This document shows positions 13,681-36,076 of a DNA stretch of 64,000 bases, piece by piece. The DNA is from Chrysomallon squamiferum (Eukaryota > Animalia > Mollusca): assembly GCA_012295275.1 (NCBI GenBank), contig CM022679.1, positions 4,588,001 to 4,652,000 on the forward strand. The letters are read 5' to 3'. The position numbers and the translations under genes are program-made. The notes beneath the pieces were generated by a model. It ran no database searches, was not told the DNA's origin, and worked only from the letters and a program-made list of their open reading frames with translations. Positions within the stretch are counted from its first letter, which is position 1. Each line of letters opens with the position of its first letter.

Positions 13681-14182
13681 GTAGGTACACAGTTGATTCA
13701 CTTGTGAATACTGACGTTATTATTCATATATCATCATCATCATCATTTATGTTATTATCATTATTATTATTGTCATCATTATTATTAGTATTATATTTGA
13801 AATTAAATATAATATAATATTTGAAATTTATCTCTTTTCATTCTATATTAAATATAATATTTGAAATTTATCTCTCTTCATTCTAAATTAAATATATTAT
13901 AATCACCTCTTGATCCGCGTCTTTACATAACGTCGTATTCTGTTACAGGTACACAATGATCACCTACTGATCCGTGTATTCTTTTCAGGTAAAATCTATT
14001 TAGTGTTTTATTTAGTGACTAGCAACACACAGTCAATAAAGACACTGTCATTGTTTTCAAACTTCCTTGTTTCATACCCCACTAAAACGTTTAGCTCGCT
14101 GGGTAACCTAGTTTCATCAGACCTACAAACCTTCATTACATACATTTCTGATTCTGTCTGAGGATTAACAAGTTTTTACATC

Positions 14183-16096
14183 ATGTCGAACTGGTGCGAG
14201 ACGTCGACTGTCTACAAAGTAGGAACATTTGGTGTGTTTTTCAGTTTTCTCTTTTTCCTTGTTGGATTCGCCACGCCTGCTTGGTTCGAGACCAGCAGTG
14301 AGTTGATCGGCTTGTGGCAGACTTGCTCAGTTTCCATGGATTCTTGTAGTTCTTATGAATTTGGAGTTACAGGTAATTCTGACTCGTCCCAATTAGTGAG
14401 TTATATAATCTTTAATCAGTTCACATATACAGTTATATCTAGAAGCAAATATGGATACGTACATGCATATTTTTACACACACACATGTTTAAATATAATT
14501 ACATAGAACAGGTTAAAGTAGTCTATTTTATATTTTTTCCGTCTTTACGTTTTTATTCACACACGCATACTTACATACACACATATATTTCTTATCATCA
14601 TATCAGATTTTACTACCTTTTTTTTATTATTTATTATTATCAGTTTCTTTCATTACACTACAAACAATGTACGTCAACGACATATTAATTTTATTTACTG
14701 CGTTACGTAAATGTAAAAACGATATGATTGTTTCTGTTGGCGATTTTTTCCATTATCCCACATGTGATCTGACAATTTCTTGTCTTCAACATCACAACTG
14801 ATAGTTATATAATATATATGTGCATTTTATTTAAAATTATTTATTCTACAAATGTGTTTTTGCATATACACCCAAAGTTATATATATAATATTTATTCTG
14901 AGAATATAAATAATATAACAGAACATTGTTGTTATATTATCCTATATATCAGCACATTGTAATTGTATGACTGTACATTATTCTTATACAACCGTACATT
15001 TAATTACATAACTGTACATTATTACACTGAGGTGACAGTACATTATAATAACATATGTAATTACACGCATATAACAGTACACTATGCATATATAAGAGGA
15101 CATTATACTTATATAACATTGTAATTATATAACACGCCATTTTACTTAAATTTACTTCATATGTACATTATATTTACATAACACTACATAATAATTATAT
15201 AACAGTACATTAAACATCTGTATCAGTACATTGTAATTGTATTACACTACGTTATGGTTATAAAAAATACATTATTTCTATATATCGGTATATTATATTT
15301 ATACAAGGAACATTATAGTTATATAACAGTAAATTATATTTACGTACTGTAAACTATAATCAACCATAAGAAATCATATACATTCATTATAAAATGTGCG
15401 TTTTAATTTAGCTGCAGGTATTTACGATGCTATGCGAGTGGCTCAGATTCTGGCGTTCTTGTTCCTGGTGTTTGGTGTAATCATGGCCATTGTGGTGAAC
15501 ACGTGCTCTCCTCAAATGTCACCCAACATAGTAAGTGGGACGACAATTTTTGGAGGTAAGATATACCTGTATTACCCCAGAATATAAATATAAAGAAATT
15601 AATAAAAATATGATAATAACAGGAGGTAAGATATACCTGTATTACCCACAGAATATAAATATAAAGAAATTAATAAAAATATGATAATAACAGGAGGTAA
15701 GATATACCTGTATTACCCACAGAATATAAACAAATTAATAAAAATGTGTAACTGCTTGCACAGACATATTTCTCATGGTTATATAGATAGATAGATAGAC
15801 AGATAGATATACAGATAGATAGATAGATCGATAATTGGTGGCTACTTTCCCAGCTTACTAAAAACTCACCACTGATGTCTCCAAAACGTAAATAGTTGAG
15901 ACTCTCTTCATTAATGTGATGACGACGTCGACGACTATGATCCCAGTGATAACAATGTTGTTGGTGTTGGAGTTGTTTTATTTCATTATTCCTTTCCTTA
16001 TTTTTTTTCTCCTTGTTAATGTTTTACATGATTTTTATTTCAAACTTCTTTCTCATATTGTAAAGGATATCGAAATGGCACTGTCGTTGATTTTTA

Positions 16097-16128
<32 letters not shown>

Positions 16129-16528
16129 TATCTCAGGTATTTTAGGATGTATAGTCGACGTGTTCTGTGCAGATATTGGTATCGTTTTGGAGTATTCTGA
16201 TGGCACCGATACAGCACATTTATCTTGGTCATTTGCTCTTAACACCATCGGCTCAGTCCTCGCCATCATATTTGGAATTCTTGTCGCTGTCAGTACAAAA
16301 AGTCATGGAAGCTTCGGCCATGTCATTCAGCCCGTAACAGTGCCTCAAACCCAAGTTTACTACACCAACGTTCAGCAGACGACTACAGCGGGTTATGTGT
16401 CCTATCCGACATATAATTGGGCAACAGCGCCACCTATAGGTGAACATGTTGAACAGACAGGAAGTATGACAGCACCTCAGGCTTCAAATAACGTTCAGCC
16501 ACCTGCCTATCAACAACATGGAGTATAA
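14183..16528 (+). CDS. Claudin-like (PMP22/EMP/claudin superfamily) tetraspan protein copy B, 239 aa; exons 14183-14372, 15418-15555, 16137-16528
   Basis: GT-AG introns, both phase 1; 190+138+392=720 nt open; W..GLW..C..C signature, DAMRVAQ before TM2, LSWSF before TM4, tail ending PPAYQQHGV. Confidence 0.9.
15540..15750 (+). repeat. Splice-donor minisatellite in intron 2 of copy B (GGAG|GTAAG donors at 15556, 15626, 15697)
   Basis: Unit gtaagatatacctgtattacccacagaatataaatataaagaaattaataaaaatatgataataacaggag, 70-71 bp. Confidence 0.9.
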
Positions 16529-16896
16529 AACGTAAATCAAGAAGACAGTGTAATTAAATTAACAGCTTTCCGCAGTTTTTATATTAACTTACTAATGACG
16601 ATAGAGATTTTTTTTTTGTGTAGGACATCAGACGTTGAAAATAGTTGTCCATGAGGGAGCCAAATTTACAAGAATTATTAAGAAAGATAATTCATTTTAA
16701 TTTCATGTTCTGATTTGTAGATTAGTTTCGTATTAAATTTTAATAAGAACATGAAATCAAATTTAGTACAACATATACTTAAAATATAAAATTATTATTT
16801 TAAGAATACGTAAGAAAAAAAATACATAACCGGTGAAATGATGCTTTCTGTTTTGTAATTTCATACACACGTCTTTTTAATTAATTTATATTTATA

Positions 16897-16954
<58 letters not shown>

Positions 16955-18081
16955 GATTATTTTGATTATGACTATGATTTGTTTCTTTATTTCTTTATTT
17001 CTTTCTTTATGTGTTTATTTAATTTTACTTTTTAACATTAATTTTTTACTTTTTCATTTTTTGTTTTTGTTTTATTGTTGCTGCCATATTATACTTTTGA
17101 AAGGTTTATGTATTAATGAACAAAACAACAAACCTTTGTTTCCATGATGACATTTTTTATATATCGTCTCGGTACAGGTTTTGACCCACCTTCGTTAAAT
17201 AGCAAGTGCGCATAATCATGGACAAGATTTTGTTTACTAAAGTTTTTCTTCTACTTACCAAATAAAGCAATGCTTCCTATTCGCGTGTTTGGCCATACAT
17301 AAACAACCCCGTATCTACAAAATTTCACTCACAAACTGCACAAAACATCGCCGTCTGCTGACAGATAGAAAACTGTCATACAATTAGGCCACGCCCACTT
17401 CAGTCTATTTCTATGGAAGTAACTCAGACGTCCTGCGTATTAAAAGAGTAAGAATGTTACACAGTAACTAGAAACAAACAAAAACTCGCAGTATATACTC
17501 AATTTAATGTTTATATTTTAATCATGTATTACGTTTTGTCTCTGTCAATAATAACAAGAAAAACATCGTTATTTCTGCACAAGGCGAGACTGTTGATTAT
17601 CTGCGTCAAAACCGATACCACGAGGATATATGTAATTCAACGTGTTTTTATTTTCTGTTGTTTTTGTTTTCTTTTGTTTGTTTTTGTTTATTTCTTCTGT
17701 TTTTCTCGTTTTTTATTTCTTGTTATTTGTTTTTGTTTATTTTACTTTATTAATATATATTTTTTTTTTTAGATTTGTAGTTTTTTTTGTTTTTTTTTTT
17801 TTTTTTTTTTGGCGCCACTGGTTTTTGTTTTGTTTTGATTTAGTATTTTTCTTCTTAAGCTGCAATTAAATGATATTGTTGACAATAATGCACATATGAC
17901 ATCTGACATTTTTCTTAGAAGTTGCGAGTAAACTACGACAGTGTCAGTTATAAAATTCATACTCACTCTATAATTATGTCTGCTGTTTTACTGTTGTTTA
18001 AATATTGGACACACATACAGATGTACATACATACAAATATACATGTATACAAAAACATACATATACAAAAACATACATATG

Positions 18082-18253
18082 TAGGTCTGAATAGACTCTA
18101 GCGTATACACAGTATACGGGAACGAACTCGCGCAGGACAAAGTCCAGTCACTACATCACAAACCTGTCAGAGGTCGCTGACGAGACTTGAACGTGAGGCA
18201 CCCATTCGACAGCACTCGGAAGCTAAACGATATTACCGTTCGGCTATCGAGAC
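18082..18253 (-). mobile_element. tRNA-derived SINE-like element
   Basis: Minus strand reads gtctcgaTAGCCGAACGGtaat (Pol III A box) .. cacGTTCAAGTCtc (B box), followed by an (ATGT)-rich tail toward about 18010; GC-richer than flanks. Confidence 0.6.
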
Positions 18254-19605
18254 AATCTTTGAAAAAAGTTGCTCAATAACCGATGATAATCATTGATTCC
18301 CACGAAGTAATTATACATTTGTCGTCTTCAATTTATGAGCAAGTTTACGGGGACTCAGTCTTTCTATTAGCTTTGTTTATATAAATTTAATATTCTCCAC
18401 GTGGAGTCAAAATAAGTAAATAAATAAATAAAAATAAAACTAATAAATAATAAAAAATAAAAATAAAAAATAATTAAAACTGAATTTAAAAATTTAAAAA
18501 ATAAACTAATATAAAAAATTAAAAATAAAACCTTCCCCCAAATCTTACCTTTATATTTATATATATGATTCTTTAGTTATTTATTGATGTGCTTTCTTAC
18601 TTGCTCGTAACTTTAATTCAAACTTCTAATTTTAAATGTTTTTATTTTGTTATGTGTGTTCTTTTAAAGTTTCAGTCAAGTGAATATTTTCTACGAGAAG
18701 TAATTATTAACTGAAAAATAATTATAATATTTATGTTTTTATGTGAATTTTTAAATTTGTTTCTTTCTTTCTTCGATTTGGACTTATTATTCTATTTTAC
18801 CCTCCGCAGTCATTATGTTATTATTTATTATTATAGCTATTCTTAGGACTAATTATTATTCATTTTATTTTATTTATTCGTGTTGGATAATTATTTATTA
18901 TTATCGTATTATTTACTTTAACTATTAGAAGTAATAACGATTATTTATTTGTTTATGTAATATTATTACATGTATTATTATTATCGTCATAAACTAGATT
19001 ATTTCTTTTTGTTCTTTTATTATTATTTAACTACCATTAAAAACTGGATTAGCATCTGGATTTCATCTGTCTAATTCACAGACTTGCTTCTCCTGATATT
19101 CAGTAACATGTAGCATGTTCCCGTTTTTTCGAATCCAAAACACCATCGTTCTAAACATAGTAAGCAGTTTCTCTCTGCTCATTATTGAACATGAATGAAT
19201 TCGTCCGTGAAGTAGACATTTCGGATATCATCTAGAAATCTGATTATGCTAAATCTAGAAATGGATATTTTTTGAAACTGTAGTTAAATTACCTACAAGT
19301 AAATAACAGTCAAGAACGTATCATCAACCTAGATAGCAAACCGAAACAAAACAACAAAACAAAAATTGTAAAGTGAATAAATAAATAAATCTTTTCAGGT
19401 AAAACCTGTTTATTGCGAAACTGAATTTTTATTACTAACGACTCAACACACACAATCAATAAGGACACTGTGACTGTTTTCAAACTTCCTTGTTTCATAC
19501 CCGACTAAAACGTTTAGCTCGCTGGGTAACCTAGTTTCATCAGACCTACACACCTTCATTACATACATTTCTGATTCTGTTTGAGGATTAACAAGTTTTT
19601 ACATC

Positions 19606-21779
19606 ATGCCGAACTGGTCCGAGACGTCGACTGTCTACAAAGTAGGAACATTTGGTGTGTTTTTCAGTTTTCTCTTTTTCCTTGTTGGATTCGCCACGCC
19701 TGCTTGGTTCGAGACCAGCAGTGAGTTGATCGGCTTGTGGCAGACTTGCTCAGTTTCCATGGATTCTTGTAGTTCTTATGAATTTGGAGTTACAGGTAAT
19801 TCTGACTCGTCCCAATTAGTGAGTTATATAATCTTTAATCAGTTCACATATACAATTATATCTACAAGCAAATATAGATACGTACATGCATATTTTTACA
19901 CAGACACACGCTTAAATATAATTAAATAGAACAGGTTAAAGTAGTCTATTTTATATTTTTTCCGTCTTTACGTTTTTATTTACACACACATACACTCACA
20001 CAAATATATATTTCTTATCATCATATCAGATTTTACTACCTTTTTTTTATTATTTATTATTATCAGTTTCTTTCATTACACTACAAACAATGTACGTCAA
20101 CGACATATTAATTTTATTTACTGCGTTACGTAAATGTAAAAACGATATGATTGTTTCTGTTGGCGATTTTTTCCATTATCCCATATGTGATCTCACAATT
20201 TCTTGTCTTCAACATCACAACTGATAGTTATATAATATATATGTGCATTTTATTTAAAATTATTTATTCTACAAATGTGTTTTTGCATGTACAACCAAAG
20301 TTATATATATAATATTTATGCTGAGAATAAAAATAATATAACAGAACATTGTTGTTATATTATCCTATATATCAGCACATTGTAATTGTATGACTGTACA
20401 TTATTCTTATACAACCGTACATTTAATTACATAACTGTACATTATTACACTGAGGTGACAGTACATTATAATAACATATATAATTAATTACATTATATAT
20501 AACAGTACACTATGCATATATAAGAGGACATTATACTTATATAACATTGTAATTATATAACACGCCATTTTACTTATATTTACTTCATATGTTCATTATA
20601 TTTACATAACACTACATAATAATTATATAACAGTACATTAAACATCTGTATCAGTACATTGTAATTGTATTACACTACGTTATGGTTATAAAAAATACAT
20701 TATTTCTATATATCGGTATATTATATTTATACAAGGAACATTATAGTTATATAACAGTAAATTATATTTACGTACTGTAAACTATAATCAACCATAAGAA
20801 ATCATATACATTCATTATAAAATGTGCGTTTTAATTTAGCTGCAGGTATTTACGATGCTATGCGAGTGGCTCAGATTCTGGCGTTCTTGTTCCTGGTGTT
20901 TGGTGTAATCATGGCCATTGTGGTGAACACGTGCTCTCCTCAAATGTCAGCCAACATAGTAAGTGGGACGATAATATTTGGAGGTAAGATATACCTGTAT
21001 TACCCACAGAATATAAATATAAACAAATTAATAAAAATATGATAATAACAGGAGGTAAGATATACCTGTATTACCCACAGAATATAAATATAAAGAAATT
21101 AATAAAAATATGATAATAACAGGAGGTAAGATATACCTGTATTACCCACAGAATATAAACAAATTAATAAAAATATGATAATAACAGGAGGTAAGATATA
21201 CCTGTATTACCCACAGAATATAAATATAAAGAAATTAATAAAAATATGATAATAACAGGAGGTAAGATATACCTGTATTACCCACAGAATATAAACAAAT
21301 TAATAAAAATATGATAATAACAGGAGGTAAGATATACCTGTATTACCCACAGAATATAAACAAATTAATAATAATATGATAATAACAGGAGGTAAGATAT
21401 ACCTGTATTACCCACAGAATATAAACAAATTAATAAAAATGTGTAACTGCTTGCACAGACGTATTTCTCATGGTTATATAGGTAGATAGATACACAGATA
21501 GATATACAGATAGACAGATAGATCGATAATTGGTGGCTACTTTCCCAGCTTATTAAATACTCACCTCTGATGTCTCCAAAATGTAAATAGTTGAGACTCT
21601 CTTCATTAATGTAGTTAACGACGACTAAGATGGCAGTGATAACAATGTGGTTGGTGTTGGAGTTGTTTTATTTAATTATTCCTTTCCTTATTTTTTTCTC
21701 CTTGTTAATGTTTTACATGATTTTTATTTCAAACTTCTTTCTCATATTGTAAAGGATATCGAAATGGCACTGTCGTTGA

Positions 21780-21835
<56 letters not shown>

Positions 21836-22238
21836 TTATTTTTCAGGTATTTTAGGCTGTATAGTCGACGTGTTCTATGGAGTTATTGGTATCGTTTTGG
21901 AGTATTCTGATGGCACCGATACAGCATATTTATCTTGGTCATTTGCTCTTAACACCATCGGCTCAGTCCTCGCCATCATGTTTGGATTTATTGTCGCTGC
22001 CAGTACGAAAAGTCATGGAGTCTTCGGCCATCTCATTCATCCTGCAACAGTGCCTCAAACCCAAGTTTACTACACCAACGTTCAGCAGACGACTACAGCG
22101 GGTTATGTGTCCTATCCGACATATAATTGGGCAACAGCGCCACCTATAGGTGAACATGTTGAACAGACAGGAAGTATGACAGCACCTCAGGCTTCAAATA
22201 ACGTTCAGCCGCCTGCCTATCAACAACATGGAGTATAA
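19606..22238 (+). CDS. Claudin-like tetraspan protein copy C, 239 aa; exons 19606-19795, 20846-20983, 21847-22238
   Basis: Same exon sizes (190/138/392) and splice sites as B; open frame; 16 amino-acid differences from B by manual comparison. Confidence 0.9.
20968..21445 (+). repeat. Splice-donor minisatellite in intron 2 of copy C (7 donors: 20984, 21055, 21126, 21191, 21262, 21327, 21392)
   Basis: Units of 71 or 65 bp, each ending atgataataacaggag|gtaag. Confidence 0.92.
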
Positions 22239-22623
22239 AACGTAAATCAAGAAGACAGTGTAATTAAATTAACAGCTTTCCGCAGTTTTTATATTAACTT
22301 ACTAATGACGATAGAGATTTTTTTTTTGTGTACGACATCAGACGTTGAAAATAGTTGTCCACGAGAGAGTAAAATCTACACGAATTATTAAGAAAGATAA
22401 TTAATTTTAATTTCATGTTCTGATTTGTAGATTAGTTTCGTATTAAGTTTTAATAAGAACATGAAATCAAATTTAGTACAACATATACTTAAAATATAAA
22501 ATTATTATTTTAAGAATACGTAAGAAAAAAAAATATAACCGGTGAAAATGATGCTTTCTGTTTTGTAATTTCATTAACACGTTCTTTTTAATTAATTTAT
22601 ATTTATATTGTTATTATTATCAC

Positions 22624-22675
<52 letters not shown>

Positions 22676-23780
22676 TTGATTATGACTATGATTTGTTTCT
22701 TTATTTCTTTATTTCTTTCTTTATGTGTTTATTTAATTTTACTTTTTAACATTAATTTTTTTATTTTTTCATTTTTTGTTTTTGTTTTATTGTTGCTGCC
22801 ATATTATACTTTTTTGAAAGGTTTATGTATTAATGAACAAAACAACAAACCTTTTCTTTCCATGATGACATTTTTATATATCGTCTCGGTACAGGTTTTG
22901 ACCCACCTTCGTTAAATAGCAAGTGCGCATAATCATGGACAAGATTTTGTTTACTAAAGTTTTTCTTCTACTTACCAAATAAAGCAATGCTTCCTTGTTC
23001 GCGTTCTTTGGCCATACATAAACAACCCCGTATCTACAAAATTTCAGTCACAAACTGCACAAAACATCGCCGTCTGCTGACAGATAGAAAACTGTCATAC
23101 AATTAGGCCACGCCCACTTCAGTCTATTTCTATGGAAGTAACTCAGACGTCCTGCGTATTAAAAGAGTAAGAATGTTACACAGTAACTAGAAACAAACAA
23201 AAACTCGCAGTATATACTCAATTTAATGTTTATATTTTAATCATGTATTACGTTTTGTCTCTGTCAATAATAACAAGAAAAACATCGTTATTTCTGCACA
23301 AGGCGAGACTGTTGATTATCTGCGTCAAAACCGATACCACGAGGATATATGTAATTCAACGTGTTTTTATTTTCTTTTGTTTGTTTTTGTTTATTTCTTC
23401 TGTTTTTCTCTTTTTTTATTTCTTGTTATTTGTTTTTGTTTATTTTACTTTATTAATATATATTTTTTTTTAGATTTATAGTTTTTTTTGTTTGTTTTTT
23501 TGTTGTTTTTTTTTGGGCGCCACTGGTTTTTGTTTTGTTTTGATTTAGTATTTTTTTTCTTTAAGGTTTGCAATTTTGTTTTTATTGTTGACAATAATGC
23601 ACATATGACATCTTTACATTTTTCTTTAGAAGTTGCAATGAAACTGCTACGACAGTGTCAAAAATAAAATTCATACTCACTCTATAATTATGTCTGCTGT
23701 TTTACTGTTGTTTAAATATTGGACACACATACAGATGTACATACATACAAATATACATGTATACAAAAACATACATATGT

Positions 23781-23951
23781 AGGTCTGAATAGACTCTAGC
23801 GTATACACAGTATACGGGAACGAACTCGCGCAGGACAAAGTCCAGTCACTACATCACAAACCTGTCAGAGGTCGCTGACGAGACTTGAACGTGAGGCACC
23901 CATTCGACAGCACTCGGAAGCTAAACGATATTACCGTTCGGCCATCAAGAC
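23781..23951 (-). mobile_element. tRNA-derived SINE-like element (duplicate of 18082-18253)
   Basis: A box TGGCCGAACGG and B box GTTCAAGTC on the minus strand; carried within the tandem duplication. Confidence 0.6.
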
Positions 23952-25304
23952 AACCTTAAATAAAAGTTGCTCAATAACCGAGGATAATCATTGATTCCCA
24001 CGAAGTAATTATACATTTGTCGTCTTCAATTTACGAGCAAGTTTACGGGGACTCAGTCTTTCTATTAGCTTTGTTTATATAAATTTAATATTCTCCACGT
24101 GGAGTCAAAATAAGTAAATAAATAAATAAAAATAAAACTAATAAATAATAAAAAATAAAAATAAAAAATAATTAAAACTGAATTTAAAAATTTAAAAAAT
24201 AAATTAATATAAAAAATTAAAAATAAAACCTTCCCCCAAATCTTACCTTTATATTTATATATATGATTCTTTAGTTATTTATTGCCGTGCTTTCTTACTT
24301 GCTCGTAACTTTAATTCAAACTTCTAATTTTAAATGTTTTTATTTTGTTATGTGTGTTCTTTTAAAGTTTCAGTCAAGTGAATATTTTCTACGAGAAGTA
24401 ATTATTAACTGAAAAATAATTATAATATTTATGTTTTTATGTGAATTTTTAAATTTGTTTCTTTCTTTCTTCGATTTGGACTTATTATTCTATTTTACCC
24501 TCCGCAGTCATTATGTTATTATTTATTATTATAGCTATTCTTAGGACTAATTATTATTCATTTTATTTTATTTTATTCGTGTTGGATAATTATTTATTAT
24601 TATCGTATTATTTACTTTAACTATTAGAAGTAATAACGATTATTTATTTGTTTATGTAATATTATTACATGTATTATTATTATCGTCATAAACTAGATTA
24701 TTTCTTTTTCTTCTTTTATTATTATTTAACTACCATTAAAAACTGGATTAGCATCTGGATTTCATCTGTCTAATTCACAGAGTTGCTTCTCCTGATATTC
24801 AGTAACATGTAGCATGTTCCCGTTTTTTCGAATCCAAAACACCATCGTTCTAAACATACTAAGCAGTTTCTCTCTGCTCATCATTGAACATGAATGAATT
24901 CGTCCGTGAAGCAGACATTTCGGATATCATCTAGAAATCTGATTATGCTAAATCTAGAAAATGATATTTTTTGAAACTGTAGTTAAATTACCTACAAGTA
25001 AATAACAGTCAAGAACGTATCATCAACCTAGATAACAAACCAAAAAAAAAAAAAAAAAAAAAAATTGTAAAGTGAATAAATAAATAAATCTTTTCAGGTA
25101 AAACCTGTTTATTGCGAAACTGAATTTTTATTACTAACGACTCAACACACACAATCAATAAGGACACTGTGACTGTTTTCAAACCTCCTTGTTTCATACC
25201 CGACTAAAACGTTTAGCTCGCTGGGTAACATAGTTTCATCAGACCTACAAACCTTCATTACATACATTTCTGATTCTGTCTGAGGATTAACAAGTTTTTA
25301 CATC

Positions 25305-34229
<8,925 letters not shown>

Positions 34230-34527
34230 GTCAATAATATGACACAGACATTTTGGTGGCTATTTTCCCAGCTTAGTAAATACTAACCTCTGAAGTATCC
34301 TAAATGTAAATAGTTCAGACTGTTGAGACAAAGATGACAAAGAGAACAATGTTGTTGGGGTTTTTTTCTTTTATTCTTTTCTATATTTTTTCTCCTCATT
34401 AAGTTTTTACATTATTTTTATTTCAAAGTTCTTTCTCATACTGTAAAGGATATCGAAAGTGTTACTGTCGTGGACTTTAGTATTAGTAGTAGTAGTAGTA
34501 GTAGTAGTAGTACTTTTTTTATCTCAG

Positions 34528-34943
34528 GTATTTTAGGATGTATCGAAGACGTAATCTTTCTAATTCTCGAAATCATCTATGACACTGGTACATCATTTTT
34601 ATCTTGGTCATTTGTTCTTAACACCATCGGCTCAGTCCTCGCCATCATGTTTGGAATCGTTGTTGCTGTCAGTACGAAAAGTCATGTAAGCTTGGGCCAT
34701 GTCGTTCAGCCTGCAACAGTGCACTATGATGTCCTTGAAACCGAAATTTACTTCACCATCGATGAGCAGAGGACGACAGCGGGTAATGCGTCCTCTCCGA
34801 CAGTTGTTACGCAGACGACATATAATCGGGCAACAGCGCCACCTATCGGTGAACATGTTGAACAGACAGGAAGTATGACACACCTCAGGCTTCAAATTAC
34901 GTTCAGCCACCTGCCTATCAACAAAATGGAGTATAAAACGTAA
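34528..34943 (+). pseudogene. Claudin-like copy F: orphan exon 3 with a 1-nt deletion near the 3' end
   Basis: atctcag|GILGCIEDVIFLILEIIYDTGTSFLSWSFVLNTIGS..; upstream-type sequence joins the intron-2 (GA)n tract at about 34110, so exons 1-2 are missing; atgaca-cacctcagg instead of atgacagcacctcagg destroys PPAY. Confidence 0.85.
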
Positions 34944-36076
34944 ATCCAGAAGACAGTGTAATTAAATTAACAGCTTTCCGCAGTTTTATAGTAGCTTACT
35001 GATGACGATAGAGAAACGTGTAAAAAGAAATCAGGCATAAAATTAAAGATTCGGGTATTTTTGTTTGTTTTGTGTTTTTTTGTTGGGTTTTTTGTGTTTT
35101 TTTTTCTATAGGACATCAAACTTTAAAATAACTGTTCATCAGAAAGGGAAATCTACATGAATTATTCCAAAAGAGAATTACTTGTAATTTCATATTGTGA
35201 TTTGTAGATTAGCTTCATACATGGAATCAGATTTAGTGCAGCCTATAATTATAATATAGTTTAGTTATTTTAAGTGTATGTAAGAAGAAAAAACAATATA
35301 TATATATATATATTTTTATAAAGATATAACTGGTGAAATAATGATTTCTATTACGAACTCACTACTCATACTGCTTTTTAATTAATTCATTTATTTATTT
35401 AATTATTTATTTATTACTACTACTACTACTTCTCTATTTCTTTCTTTCTTTTAATTTATTTGTATATAATAGATTTTTTTTTTTTTTTTTTTTTTGAAAT
35501 CACTTATTACCTCAGTCAGATACATTTGAACTAACAGAATAGAATGACCGAGTAAAATAGATCCTGCAACTGATCCTAGCTTAGAATAGACGATTACTGA
35601 TCCTGTGAGCTACATTTTACTTCATAACAAAATTTAATCCATACAGCAACCATACAAAAATAAATTAACTAATTGATAATTCAAAAAAAAATAAAAACAA
35701 GCCTATAAATTAATCAACACGAAACATTTATCACGAGAAATAGTGTTTATATGGTACTTGAATTAGTTCTTACACAGTTGTCAAGATCATCGTATATGAA
35801 ACTGATGGAAAAAAAACAACAAGAAACTGTAAAATCAATGATAATGTTTGTTTATATTTATATATATATATTTGAGAACATAACAGATTTGGCGCTGCAG
35901 TAACGCATCGACAGTTAGTTCAATAGTGTCATGATTAGTGATTTTTGTACCACAAGAAGAAGAAAAAGAAGAAGAAGAAGAAGAAGAAGAAGAAGGAGAT
36001 GATGATGATTATGATGAATAGATAAAAAGAAGCCACTTTGTCGAAAATTAATGAATTATCCTCATGTCCTGTAAGG

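Larger units (their letters stand above)
14040..25304 (+). repeat. Recent tandem duplication, about 5.4-5.7 kb unit (gene B plus 3' flank; gene C plus 3' flank)
   Basis: 14183-16528 is nearly identical to 19606-22238, and 16529-19605 to 22239-25304, including the SINE and AT-rich blocks. Confidence 0.9.

Noticed and set aside
14396-14402. Second donor-like TTA|GTGAGT about 24 nt into intron 1 of A, B, C and G
   Set aside because: Phase 0, incompatible with the exon-2 frame, and absent in D and E; the phase-1 donor is used in the gene models
20984-21445. CRISPR-like appearance of the 65/71-bp repeat (also the 55-bp and 33-bp repeats)
   Set aside because: No unique spacers, no cas genes and a eukaryotic context; these are tandem minisatellites
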